A program made the translations under genes and the position numbers. Shown here piece after piece: positions 19,164 through 29,496 of a DNA stretch of 36,894 nt. Origin of the DNA: Fischerella sp. (lineage in GTDB: Bacteria; Cyanobacteriota; Cyanobacteriia; Cyanobacteriales; Nostocaceae); the NCBI GenBank assembly GCA_026419705.1, contig JANZYY010000001.1, forward strand, positions 1 to 36,894, written 5' to 3'. The first letter of the stretch is position 1. Every line of letters begins with the position of its first letter. The notes beneath the pieces are model-generated. The model was not told the origin of the DNA, made no database searches, and saw nothing but the letters and a program-made list of their open reading frames with translations.

Positions 19164-20132
19164 ATGAATGATGATTTAGTTAACACAGTTACCACCGATG
19201 CTTTCTTACCGAAGGTGTCGGTGGTTATTCCTATTTATAATGGCGCAGCAGATTTACCAGAGTTAATCGATTGTCTGTTGGCTCAAACTTACCCAAAACA
19301 ACAGGTGGAATATTTGCTGGTAGACAATAATAGTAGCGATCGCACTGATGTTCTCCTGCAAAAAACAGCCGAAAATTATCCTTCACTCATTCGTGCTTTC
19401 AGCGAAAAACAAATTCAAAGTTCCTACGCCGCCCGCAATACAGGTATTCGCGCTGCCAGTGGTGAGATCGTAGCCTTTACTGATGCTGATTGTCGCCCCC
19501 GACCACAGTGGTTGCATGCATTAATTGCGCCTTTTGTCAATCCAGACGTAGCAATTGTTGCAGGTGAAATTACGGCACTACCTGGAAAAAGTTTGCTAGA
19601 AGTATTTGCTGAGCGTCAAGAAACCTTATCGCAAAAACATACACTTGCCCATAAGTTTTGTCCCTACGGTCAAACTGCGAATTTGGCAATTCGGCGACAA
19701 GCCTTAGAAAAAGCGGGTTTGTTTCGTCCCTATCTTACCACCGGCGGTGATGCCGATATCTGCTGGCGGATTCAACTGAAAAATATCGGGCGTTTGGAAT
19801 TTGCTTCTGGGGCAATCGTGCAACACCGTCACCGTACTACACTTAGAGAATTACAAAGTCAATGGCACCGCTATGGGCGTTCCCATCGCTATCTACATGA
19901 GTTGTATGGCATAGAACTCATGCCAGACATGACACTCAAAGAATATGGCTATCGATTGGCACGTTGGTTATTGAAGGAATTACCGAGGGATAGTTTCAAG
20001 GCTTTAGTCGGCAAAGCTTCTCTTGTAGACTTATTAAGTACTCCTATTGGATTGTTGACTGCAAAAGCACGTGCTGCTGGGCAAAGGGAAGCTAAATTGC
20101 CGGAAAAAGCAACGATCGTTGAAAATATCTGA
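19164..20132 (+). CDS. Glycosyltransferase family 2
   Basis: VSVVIPIYN, LLVDNNSSD, AARNTG, AFTDADC; start moved to ATG MNDDL because the upstream part is STRR. Confidence 0.92.
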   Translation: MNDDLVNTVTTDAFLPKVSVVIPIYNGAADLPELIDCLLAQTYPKQQVEYLLVDNNSSDRTDVLLQKTAENYPSLIRAFSEKQIQSSYAARNTGIRAASGEIVAFTDADCRPRPQWLHALIAPFVNPDVAIVAGEITALPGKSLLEVFAERQETLSQKHTLAHKFCPYGQTANLAIRRQALEKAGLFRPYLTTGGDADICWRIQLKNIGRLEFASGAIVQHRHRTTLRELQSQWHRYGRSHRYLHELYGIELMPDMTLKEYGYRLARWLLKELPRDSFKALVGKASLVDLLSTPIGLLTAKARAAGQREAKLPEKATIVENI

Positions 20133-20455
20133 AAATTTTTTGTTGGTAATTGCTAGTTATCGATCGCCGACGACACTAAGTTAAATTATCTCAATAATCA
20201 AGGCTGGCATGAACTAGCCTTTCTATTCCCAGGCAAAGCCCAAGAACCAGAGCCAGAGTTTTCTATAGAAAATAGTACAATGTACCAGAAAAGGAACTTT
20301 ATTTGACTTGTCAATTCAAGGGTAAATAGTACTATTTAGTATCAATTTCCACTTGATTCTAATCATAAGATTGTCGTCTTAATACTTACAATCAAATTAT
20401 AATTTTCGGGCATCTACTGCAATTTCTAAATTTTGTATTTACTGGAGTGTAAGTA

Positions 20456-20966
20456 ATGGTATTTTGGCGAGATTATCATGGTTTGCCAGGATTCTATAAA
20501 GGTTGGAATGTATTTATAGATGGGGAGCAAAACAAGAACGCAACTAACCTTTCTACATCCCTCCAAAAGCTACTTGAGTGGCTGCGAGAGTATATGTCTG
20601 TTGATACTGTGACATTCCTGTTACCAGTTAAGGAGCAACAGAATTTGGGTGTGTACGCCAGCATCGGACTTGAAGAAGAGATCGCACAAAAGATCCGTAT
20701 TACCATCGAGCGAGGTGTAGCTGGTCGCATTGCTGCAAACAAGAAGCCAATGATAGTCGATGACTTATCGAAGGTAGAGGTAGTTAGTCCAGTCTTGCGT
20801 CAATAAGGATCTGAAATCGCTTGTTGGTATACCAGTACCGCTCAGACAGGATATGGTCGGAGTGCTGCACGTTGGTACTTTTAAGCACCATAAATTTACT
20901 GAGCGCGATGTAGAGCAACTGCAACTGGCTGCACATCGCATCGGTTTGATGATTGCAGATACTTAG
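20456..20966 (+). pseudogene. Stand-alone GAF-domain protein with a 1-nt frameshift (or sequencing error)
   Basis: GVAGRIAANKKPMIVDDL...SPVLR; removing one base near 20801 continues the frame as NKDLKSLVGIPVPLRQDMVGVLHVGTFKHHKFTERDVEQLQLAAHRIG...T*. Confidence 0.85.
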
Positions 20967-21262
20967 CATAATACTCTACATAGAGTCTCCGCATGGGATT
21001 TTCTACTTTGAAGTGCGAGTACTGAAATTTGCAGGCTTTGTACTAGGCTCGATTGGGTGTAAAGCATCGATTCAGTATTCATGAATCCTTGGTGCTGTAA
21101 GATCGGGGGAACTGGAGGTGGACAGTTGGGGAGAATATCAAACTAGGCTCTCCCCCAAAACCCCATCTTCTTGTCCGGCAATTTTTTTCCTTTGCCTCTG
21201 GTTACCAAAAGCCTGCTAATTTTCGCTAAATTGTAATTAAGGTTGAGGAAAGGAAACAGTAA

Positions 21263-21958
21263 ATGTCAGCACAACTGTTACTGGTAGATGATGAGCCGGG
21301 ATTGCGTGAAGCAGTAAAAGATTATTTACAAGAAAGCGGTTTCAGCGTTCAGGTTGCCAGTAACGCTCGTGAAGGTTGGGAATTGATGCAGCAAAGTACA
21401 CCTGACTTGGTGATTTCTGACATTATGATGCCTCAAGTAGACGGATATCAGTTCCTGAAGCAACTGCGTGAAGACCCCCGTTTTCGAGCGCTACCAGTGA
21501 TATTTTTAACGGCTAAAGGCATGACGACCGATCGCATCCAAGGTTATCAGGCTGGTGTTGACGCCTATCTCCCCAAACCTTTCGATCCTGATGAGTTAGT
21601 CGCAATCGTCGAAAACTTACTTGCTCGCCGTGTGACCAAAACTCAAGCAATCACTGAAGAGGGTGAAACACCAGATATTGCCGATTTAGCCAATCAAATT
21701 GCCCAAATTAAAGCCTTATTGACTCAAAGAAACGCGATCGCTCAATCCCCACCACCTTTTACAATTGACTTGACTCCCCGAGAACAAAGCGTTTTGAATT
21801 TGGTAGCAGAAGGCTTAATGAACAAAGAAATCGCGCGTCGTTTGGAAACTAGCGTCCGCAATGTTGAGAAGTACGTCAGCCGTTTGTTTAGTAAAACAGG
21901 TACGAATAGTCGTACCGAGTTAGTTCGTTTTGCTCTTGAGCATGGTCTTGCTAAATAA
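21263..21958 (+). CDS. NarL/LuxR-family response regulator, Rre1/Ycf29-like
   Basis: LVDDE, SDIMMP, FLTAK, PKPF receiver domain; LTPREQSVL...NKEIARRL LuxR HTH. Confidence 0.92.
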   Translation: MSAQLLLVDDEPGLREAVKDYLQESGFSVQVASNAREGWELMQQSTPDLVISDIMMPQVDGYQFLKQLREDPRFRALPVIFLTAKGMTTDRIQGYQAGVDAYLPKPFDPDELVAIVENLLARRVTKTQAITEEGETPDIADLANQIAQIKALLTQRNAIAQSPPPFTIDLTPREQSVLNLVAEGLMNKEIARRLETSVRNVEKYVSRLFSKTGTNSRTELVRFALEHGLAK

Positions 21959-22128
21959 ACTAAAAGTGGACTGTATGACTCACTAACTCCAGTTGGAGTT
22001 ACATTGAATGCGATTGCAAACAGCAGTTTTAAATGGCAGTGAGGAGACGCTAAAACTATTCCACCTCTTGCAGCTACTACTTACAGTTCAACACACAACA
22101 AACAGGGTTCGTAAGAAATTATCCTTAT

Positions 22129-22189
22129 TCAGAATCCAGAAGTCAGAATTCAGAATTTCTACTCCTAAGTTCTGAGTTCTGTATTCTGT
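22129..22189. repeat. Inverted CAGAATT/TTCTGAG heptamer tracts (hairpin)
   Basis: cagaatc-cagaagt-cagaatt-cagaatt ... ttctgag-ttctgta-ttctg. Confidence 0.75.
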
Positions 22190-22612
22190 AATATCCTTCC
22201 TTTTTGCTTAACAAAATAGAAAACGTTGCAAATGCAGGATCTGTCACGAAAATAATTACCTGCTTGCTATCTTCGCAAACAGAAGATGAGTATAAGTAAA
22301 GGTTCTAGTAATTCCCTGGAAATAAAATTTTAGAATTTAAACCCCATTGTCAAGCAAGCTTTGCCTGCATTGGTAAATATCCAGCAAGTATCTGTAATGC
22401 CAAGGGTGAAGGCTACTGTAAATGCGACAGCGTCTTTGTCTGAGACGATCGTAAACTAGCTTCTCCTAGAGTCAGATCGAACCCAGCTTGAACTATACCA
22501 GCGGGTTACGAAAGCGAACTCGTTGAGACAGTAACTCAGCTTGTGGGCAAAACTCAACAGTAATTTGCTATTTTATGCCCAATCTAAAGCCTTTACTGGC
22601 AATCGCCAACTT

Positions 22613-22891
22613 TTAAGCATTCTCGGTGGAGTTGCGCAGGCGCATCAACTGGCGTCGCATTTGCGGTGAGGCTTTCAGCTCTGAAATTTCCTGGGCCTTC
22701 ACAGAGGTTTGCACAGTTTCCAGAAAGTCGTCAGAACCTTCAGTCAATGCATCTAGCAGTACTTGCAACAATTGATCGCGATCGCCCAATAAACTTTTTT
22801 CCTCAATCAATCGAAATTTGAGATGTATTTCACATTCATAAATACCCACTTCGATATTACTTAATTGGCGCGGTAATGCTTTGGAGTTCAT
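22613..22891 (-). CDS. Asr1734 / Npun_R1517 family heterocyst-differentiation regulator
   Basis: EVGIYECEIHLKFRLIEEK...LLDALTEGSDDFLE...ASPQMRRQLMRLRN matches the recalled family sequence. Confidence 0.9.
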   Translation of the reverse strand: MNSKALPRQLSNIEVGIYECEIHLKFRLIEEKSLLGDRDQLLQVLLDALTEGSDDFLETVQTSVKAQEISELKASPQMRRQLMRLRNSTENA

Positions 22892-23886
22892 AGCTGTTAG
22901 GATTCCTTTACTTTTTGGTGATAGAGGTGAGGAGCTATATCTCTAGCAAAAATTCTCTATATTTTTTTATTCAAAAATTTTTAACCTTCTTCCTTCCTAG
23001 ACTAAATTTGTATTCCATATTGCTTCTCCTGCTATTGTTTCTAGCTAGACTTTCAATGTCAAGGTTCTGGCTATGCAGTCATTGCTGTGGTCTAACCAAG
23101 CCATAACTATTATTCAGTTTTTAAGATTGTATACAATAAAGTTTTTGTAAGAACTTGTTCTGGCTTTTTAAAGGTTTTTACATCAACTTTATCTCCACGT
23201 CAATAACAGTTTGAGTTTTTACTGATCAAATAGTGGTTATACGTAAGTAAAAACGCTGAATTCGCTTTAAATAATGAAAGCTGGACTGATTTGCATCGCA
23301 TTTACGTAAAATCACTAGATGTACTCTTTTTTCATCAGACAATACAGAAAAAATTAATAAGCAAAGTCATCATTAAGTAAAAATTTTCTTTCTTGACACA
23401 ATATAAACATGGTTGAAAATTTTCCAGCCAAGTATATCGCTTTAGCTTCTTTCTGACTGGATAAGTACGAAAAACTTGACATTGATGCATTTAAAGGTGT
23501 TCCTGGGTAATCAAAAAATTTTTCTATAAAGAAAAATTCACAGTGCCTCCAAATTAAACCGGATTCCTAGAAGTGGACCTTTTACCCATGCTGGCAAAGC
23601 GGACATCAGCGAGCAAACCCTCATCCTTTTTGTCCCCCTCTACCTGGAAGGCATCCCGTAGGTGTACCCTCCCATAGTGCTGGACTCAACGTGCTGTCTC
23701 AACTTCTGCATGCTTGCTTGTTTGTAAGACAGACATAGTTTCTTCTATTTAGAAGGTTTTGGCGGCCATCTTAGCTAAAGATTCCAAGGGATTCAAGCTT
23801 GGCAATAGAGTCTTTAAGAAGGCACTTATACTATTTCTGCAAATGCTTGATATTTATGATTCTCCTTAGCCCCTTCTTTGTAAGCA

Positions 23887-24034
23887 GGGCCGTTTCATTC
23901 TAAAAAAGAAAAATCTAAATTTCTCCAACCTCTGAAATTCTTTGTGCTCTTTGCATCCTTAGTGGTAGCCTGCGGTAAGCCGCTGCGCGTCTACGTTTAT
24001 ACAGATATTTTTTCTGCGGAGAATGAAACAGCCC
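23887..24034. mobile_element. MITE-like element, 148 bp, with a nested 28-bp dispersed repeat
   Basis: Terminal IRs GGGCCGTTTCATTCT / AGAATGAAACAGCCC (14 of 15 match); nested tagcctgcggtaagccgctgcgcgtcta at 23966-23993. Confidence 0.75.
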
Positions 24035-24376
24035 CCCTGTTTGTAAGGGGGATTGGGAGGATATGATACGTTTCAAGCTTAAAGAGAATTAGTATTATTA
24101 CGCTTGCAGGCAAGCCACTGATGGCATCCTCACGAAGAAATCCGGGAGATTTAATAAAGTTGCTCGCTTTTATTTATAAATTCAAACATAAGTGCCTTCT
24201 GCCGAATGCCAGATGCCTTTGTTCGGCAATGATTTCGTTTTATGCATATCCCTAATAAAGATTAAGATAGAACTATCCCTAGCCCAAAAAGTTAGACTGC
24301 CATCGTCTATTAGCATCATTTGCTTGTATTCTATTCAAACGAGAAACTGCTGTAACCTTGATCGGAAGACACCTTT

Positions 24377-24751
24377 ATGGACGACAACCCAATGCTGCTT
24401 AAGTCCACAACCCGGCATATCCGTATTTTTGCGGCTGAAATCGATCGGGAGGGCGAATTAGTTCCCAGTAATCAGGTCTTGACGTTAGATGTTGACCCAG
24501 ACAACGAATTCAACTGGAATGAGGATGCTCTGCAAAAGGTTTATCGCAAGTTTGATGAACTAGTAGAAGCATATAGTGGCGCAGACCTAACTGATTACAA
24601 CTTACGCCGCATCGGCTCAGACTTGGAGCATTTTCTGCGATCGCTCCTACAAAAAGGCGAAATCAGCTATAATCTTTCTTCTCGCGCGATCAACTACAGT
24701 ATGGGACTTCCCCAAGTTGCATCTGACGATCGACAGAATTATGAATGGTAA
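24377..24751 (+). CDS. ndhM: NAD(P)H-quinone oxidoreductase (NDH-1) subunit M
   Basis: [43 protein letters not shown]. Confidence 0.96.
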   Translation: MDDNPMLLKSTTRHIRIFAAEIDREGELVPSNQVLTLDVDPDNEFNWNEDALQKVYRKFDELVEAYSGADLTDYNLRRIGSDLEHFLRSLLQKGEISYNLSSRAINYSMGLPQVASDDRQNYEW

Positions 24752-24773
24752 GTTATGAATCAACAGTAGCTAG

Positions 24774-24810
24774 GTTGAGAGTTAGAATGATAAAAATTTT
24801 AACTCTTAAC
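24774..24810 (+). terminator. Stem-loop downstream of ndhM
   Basis: gttgagagttagaat ... attttaactcttaac inverted repeat with G-U pairs. Confidence 0.55.
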
Positions 24811-24874
24811 TACCATGCAAGCAAAGCATTGGAAGATACTATGTTGATACTTAAGCTCATAAATTATCACCCAA

Positions 24875-26233
24875 ATGCTTTGCCACTGTCTTGGTAAACT
24901 GCTGGCTGCTTGGCTATCGCCGCAGCCTGTCGTCATTTTATTGTTATTTTTCCACTCCCGTTGCTTTGCTGCCGAACTAGTTGGACGTGCCGTTTTGAGT
25001 GCTGATACTTTTGCCCCTGGACCAACAACAGCTCAATTCAAAAAGACAAATCGCACTGTTCCTTTTGTTAATGCTCAACCTGTTCAAGGCTTTTCGGCTG
25101 TGATTGCAGGACCAAAAACAGGTACTTACCTAGTCATTTCAGATAATGGTTTTGGCAGCAAAGCTAATTCACCTGACTACGTACTGCGTATTTATGCAGT
25201 CGAGCCTGATTTTACTACAGGTAAAGTTTTTCCAGTCAATCTCCAAACAGGAGAAAGACTTGCAAGCTTTAATCGACAAAGCTTTATAGAAATCAACGAT
25301 CGAAATCGTAAAGTTAACTTCTCCATCGTCGCGGAACAGTCTTTTTATCCAGGTAGCACTATCCCAGTTAGCCCAGCAATCAAAAAAAATCGCTTGTTGA
25401 CAGGGGGAGATTTTGATGTGGAATCATTCCGACGCGCAGCTGACGGTAGCTATTGGTTAGGAGATGAGTTTGGTCCATTTTTGCTGCACATAGGAAACAA
25501 TGGCGAAGTTCTAGATTCTCCTATTCCTTTACCCAACTTTTTGGGGCTCGGAAAGTTAAATTTTGTGAAGTCTCCTGACCACCCAGAATTTACCAGTTTC
25601 CCCAATCAACAAGCAAGAACTACAGCAGCAAATCTTGATAGTTCCAAAGGTTTTGAAGGCTTGGCACTCAACACCAGTGGTACAAAACTTTATGCGCTTT
25701 TAGAAGGATCTTTAAAGAATGACTCTCTCAAGCAACGCCTGTTAATTCATGAATTTGATTTAGCTACTAAACAATATACAGGTAAAGTTTTTTCTTACAA
25801 GCTCGAAAATCCTAACCATGCAATTGGTGAACTTACAGCTATTAATGATGATGAATATATTGTGATTGAGCGCGACCATAATCAGGGAGATCCAAATAAT
25901 CCTGCCTTTAAATATCCTGCTAAATTTAAACGCCTATATAAAATTAATCTGAAACAAGTTGATGTCAATGGTTTTGTTGATAAACAATTATTAGTAGATT
26001 TGCTCAAAATTTCTGACATCAAAAAAATTGGTGGTAATAGTACGAGCAAAGGTATATTTACATTTCCTTTCGTGACTGTAGAAAGTGTGTTACCTGTAGA
26101 TGCCAAAACGCTGCTTGTGATTAACGACAACAATTATGCCGATTCTATGGGGCGTATTCCCAAACAAGTTGACAATACTGAATTTATTCTTATCCGCTTA
26201 GAAAAACCTCTCAATTTAGTCAATAGTCACTAG
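24875..26233 (+). CDS. Esterase-like activity of phytase family protein, probably exported
   Basis: QPVQGFS, SDNGFG, DFDVES, GDEFGP, SKGFEG, IERD, INDNNY; hydrophobic signal-like N-terminus; start uncertain. Confidence 0.88.
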   Translation: MLCHCLGKLLAAWLSPQPVVILLLFFHSRCFAAELVGRAVLSADTFAPGPTTAQFKKTNRTVPFVNAQPVQGFSAVIAGPKTGTYLVISDNGFGSKANSPDYVLRIYAVEPDFTTGKVFPVNLQTGERLASFNRQSFIEINDRNRKVNFSIVAEQSFYPGSTIPVSPAIKKNRLLTGGDFDVESFRRAADGSYWLGDEFGPFLLHIGNNGEVLDSPIPLPNFLGLGKLNFVKSPDHPEFTSFPNQQARTTAANLDSSKGFEGLALNTSGTKLYALLEGSLKNDSLKQRLLIHEFDLATKQYTGKVFSYKLENPNHAIGELTAINDDEYIVIERDHNQGDPNNPAFKYPAKFKRLYKINLKQVDVNGFVDKQLLVDLLKISDIKKIGGNSTSKGIFTFPFVTVESVLPVDAKTLLVINDNNYADSMGRIPKQVDNTEFILIRLEKPLNLVNSH

Positions 26234-26990
26234 TCATTAGTCATGACTAAAAACTTTTGACTGTTGACTCTAGAAATACTACCAACTGTGTCAACTTGCG
26301 CTTGTAGAATTACATCTGCAATTTCTTCTGCATCTTTAACATGATGTAAAGCTTTTTAGCAAATTATGTCGGAAATTGCATGCGCTCGCCCGTGATATTA
26401 GGAGCATCAACGACAAGTTGTTTGGGTTGATCTGCAGAGGTTCGCGATTCTTCAGAAACTACATCACCATGGTTAGCAGTGCGAGGAAAAAATTTTTTCT
26501 TTGTTATCTTCCATTACACTTTCACAGAGTAAATATGTTAAATTTGCAGTTAACCTAGCAGGCGGAGCAACAAACTTATATCTTGGCTATAGCAAATTGC
26601 TAATAGCATTTGAAGACTAGCTATTAGCTGTCTTCATTGTTGACTTAATGTTGATTAACGCCTTGCTGCCTTTAAACTAAAAGAAAGACTAGTATGTTCT
26701 CCTGTTTCGGATGGGGTAATTAGTCTAAGCAAACAGTGTAGTTGTAATGGCATTATGGTCTGATGGCAAGCTGTAAGTTGAGTTGCTGTGGTGATGGAGC
26801 AGCACGCAGAGTGACTGTGGAATGGATTAATCAAATATTGCTTGGGTGCACCTTCGCACCTAGATTCATCCATAAGTTAAAATCACGATCCAAAAGTTGG
26901 ATATATCAGGTTAAAAAAAAAATGAGCGGTTCAAAGTACTGCTGCCAATGCTTTTAAAGAAATTGCCAATCGCTGATCGGTGGGAAAATT

Positions 26991-29360
26991 ATGGAAAATG
27001 ACGCGGCTACGCTTTATTGCCCAAATGAACTTTGTCAGGCTCCCAACCCCCTTACCCACAATTTCTGCCAGCGATGCTCTACACCTTTACCCAAACGCTT
27101 TCTCTGGGCGGTGGTAGATGGTCTGGATCTGGGTAATCCAGGACAGATATTAGCCACTCGCTATTTAGTTATAGATAAATCCATTATTTTAGATACTAAA
27201 CCAGGTTTTTTACCTCAAACGCCGGATTCAGAAAAATTACAGGCAATCAGACCTTATCTAAGGCTTATTCCCTATCGCTTGCATGTACCGCAGGTATACG
27301 GAGTACTGTCTGTCCCTCAGGGAGGAGAAGCGCAAGAAATATTGTTGCTAGAAAAACCCCCGCTCCAGATTTTAGATGGAACAGCCTCATTGACTGTAGA
27401 GTTGTGTAGCGAATTAACCGCTGCTTGGCGTGATGCGACATCAATGCGCCAACTCAATTGGCTGTGGCAAATAGCACAACTTTGGCAGCCCTTGGCTAGT
27501 GAAGGTGTGGCCTCTAGCTTACTCGAACCCCATTTATTAAGAGTAGAAGGGTCGTTAGTACGGTTGTTGGAATTACATTTTCAGGAAGATTCTCAACCAA
27601 GCTTGTCCGAGTTAGGAGAGTTTTGGCAGCAGTTGCTGAGCGGTGCAAAACCGGCAATTGCAGGATTTATGAGCGAAATGTGCCGTTGTTTGATTGAAAA
27701 AGAAATACAAGCAGCAGAGCAATTAGTCAGAGTTTTAGATAAAGGACTAACAGAATTAGGGCGATCGCAATCTCCCACCATTACAATTGCTACAAAAAGT
27801 GACACTGGTCCCAGTCGCCAGCGCAATGAAGATGCTTGCTATCCACCTAGTGGTAGTTTGGTGAGCAAACCACCCGATCCGTCAGCTCTGGCGATTGTGT
27901 GTGATGGGATCGGCGGACACGAAGGTGGTAATGTCGCATCAAATTTGGCAATTGAAACAATTCAACAGCAGGTACAGGAACTGACTAAAGTTCCCTACGA
28001 CCACATTGAACCCAATCTACTACTGGAAGACTTGCAACGAGCTGCTGCTGTTGCTAACGACAAAATCAGCCAGCGCAACGACAGCGAAAGCCGACAAGGA
28101 CGCCAGCGCATGGGAACTACCTTGGTGATGGCTTTGCCCATAGGTCACGAAATGTACATTGCCCATGTAGGTGATAGTCGTGCTTACTGGATTACGCGTC
28201 ATGGCTGCTACCAAGTCACCCTTGATGATGATGTTGCTTCTCGGGAAGTGCGGCTGGGTTATGCCATCTACCGGGATGCTGTGCAACAAGGTGCTTCTGG
28301 CTCTTTGGTGCAGGCGCTGGGCATGAGTCCGAGTATTTCCTTGCATCCTTCCGCAGAACGCTTCATCCTTGACGAGGATTGTATTTTCCTACTCTGTTCT
28401 GATGGCCTAAGCGACTTTGACCGCGTAGAACAGAACTGGGAAACCGAAATCTTACCTATCCTGACCAGCAATCGTGATGTAGTTAATGTTACAGATAGGC
28501 TAGTTGAAATTGCAAATACGCAAAATGGACACGACAATGTCACCATTGCCTTAGTTCACTACCAGTACAAATACTCTGAACCAGAAACAAAGCTAGAAGC
28601 AGTCTTACCTAAATTGTCTGACATTCCCACTACAAGTTACCCGCCCACAACCTTACAAACCCTGTCAAAAAATAGCGGCAGCCAAAAAACTCAAGTAATG
28701 CCGGATACAGCACCTAGCAAGCGATCGCCAGTACCGCTACAGTTGGTTATCCTTTTGGCGTTAGTAGTGGGTGGTGGTTTCTTAGGATTTTTGTGGGGGC
28801 GCCAGGGAGGAATCTTAGGAAAAAAAGTTCCCCTTCCCGCTCCAATATCAAGGAACCCGATTAATGCTGCTCCATCTGTATCGCCAACAACGAGCGATCG
28901 CCCTGAGGTGATTCAGACAACAAGTCAACTCTTTTTAAGCACAACCACGTCACCTCCAAAAACAGCAATTGCACCTGCTGGTAGTATTTTGCAAATTATT
29001 AATCCAAATCAACAACCAAAGCCAGAACAAACAAATACCAACTCTTGGGTGTATCTGCGGGTATGTTCTGTTGCAGGGAGTGTGGCTTCATCTATAGATC
29101 CGTCTAACCCCACATCCACTTCCACAGTCAGCAGAACTATTGTGAAACAAAGGGAAGTATATAGGATACGCTTGTCTGAATTTGAAAAATCATTGAATAA
29201 GAAAATTTCCACACCCCCACCAGAGCTTTCCAATCAATGTCAAGTGAGTAATGCTGCTAGCACCTCCAAACAGACAGCAGTTGAGTTTAGTGGTAAACCT
29301 GCGCCCCTGGATCGGTCGTCACCTCCACAAGGCACTAATTCCACTGGCAGCACTGAATAG
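26991..29360 (+). CDS. prpJ: Membrane-anchored PP2C/PPM Ser/Thr phosphatase, PrpJ1-like
   Basis: RQRNEDA, VCDGIGGH, MGTT, HVGDSR, LCSDGL, GHDNVT; N-terminal CPNELC...CQRC; TM segment LVILLALVVGGGFLGFLW; Pro/Ser/Thr-rich tail. Neighbours match the recalled Anabaena all1731 context. Confidence 0.85.
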   Translation: MENDAATLYCPNELCQAPNPLTHNFCQRCSTPLPKRFLWAVVDGLDLGNPGQILATRYLVIDKSIILDTKPGFLPQTPDSEKLQAIRPYLRLIPYRLHVPQVYGVLSVPQGGEAQEILLLEKPPLQILDGTASLTVELCSELTAAWRDATSMRQLNWLWQIAQLWQPLASEGVASSLLEPHLLRVEGSLVRLLELHFQEDSQPSLSELGEFWQQLLSGAKPAIAGFMSEMCRCLIEKEIQAAEQLVRVLDKGLTELGRSQSPTITIATKSDTGPSRQRNEDACYPPSGSLVSKPPDPSALAIVCDGIGGHEGGNVASNLAIETIQQQVQELTKVPYDHIEPNLLLEDLQRAAAVANDKISQRNDSESRQGRQRMGTTLVMALPIGHEMYIAHVGDSRAYWITRHGCYQVTLDDDVASREVRLGYAIYRDAVQQGASGSLVQALGMSPSISLHPSAERFILDEDCIFLLCSDGLSDFDRVEQNWETEILPILTSNRDVVNVTDRLVEIANTQNGHDNVTIALVHYQYKYSEPETKLEAVLPKLSDIPTTSYPPTTLQTLSKNSGSQKTQVMPDTAPSKRSPVPLQLVILLALVVGGGFLGFLWGRQGGILGKKVPLPAPISRNPINAAPSVSPTTSDRPEVIQTTSQLFLSTTTSPPKTAIAPAGSILQIINPNQQPKPEQTNTNSWVYLRVCSVAGSVASSIDPSNPTSTSTVSRTIVKQREVYRIRLSEFEKSLNKKISTPPPELSNQCQVSNAASTSKQTAVEFSGKPAPLDRSSPPQGTNSTGSTE

Positions 29361-29496
29361 CCAAAAACTCGATAAACTAGTATAAACCTGAAATAATACA
29401 GGTAAAAACCAGAATAAAAAATTCCAGAAAGGCAAAAACTTTTGCCTACTAATAACTGTTGTTATTCGAGATTTTTGATTTGACATTATTTATGTA

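Noticed and set aside
20274-20286. LexA-box-like AGTACAATGTACC
   Set aside because: The spacer is one base shorter than the cyanobacterial RGTAC-N3-DGTWCB consensus, and no SOS gene follows.
23558-23563. DIF1-like TCCGGT (minus strand) upstream of the Asr1734-like gene
   Set aside because: One mismatch to TCCGGA in a 6-mer and no convincing -10 element; unsupported without TSS data.
22915-24461. ORFs 22915-23106 and 24192-24461
   Set aside because: No motifs; they lie in promoter regions or overlap the ndhM start out of frame.
26376-26957. Three short ORFs upstream of prpJ
   Set aside because: No recognisable motifs, and two overlap each other on opposite strands; more likely a long regulatory leader.
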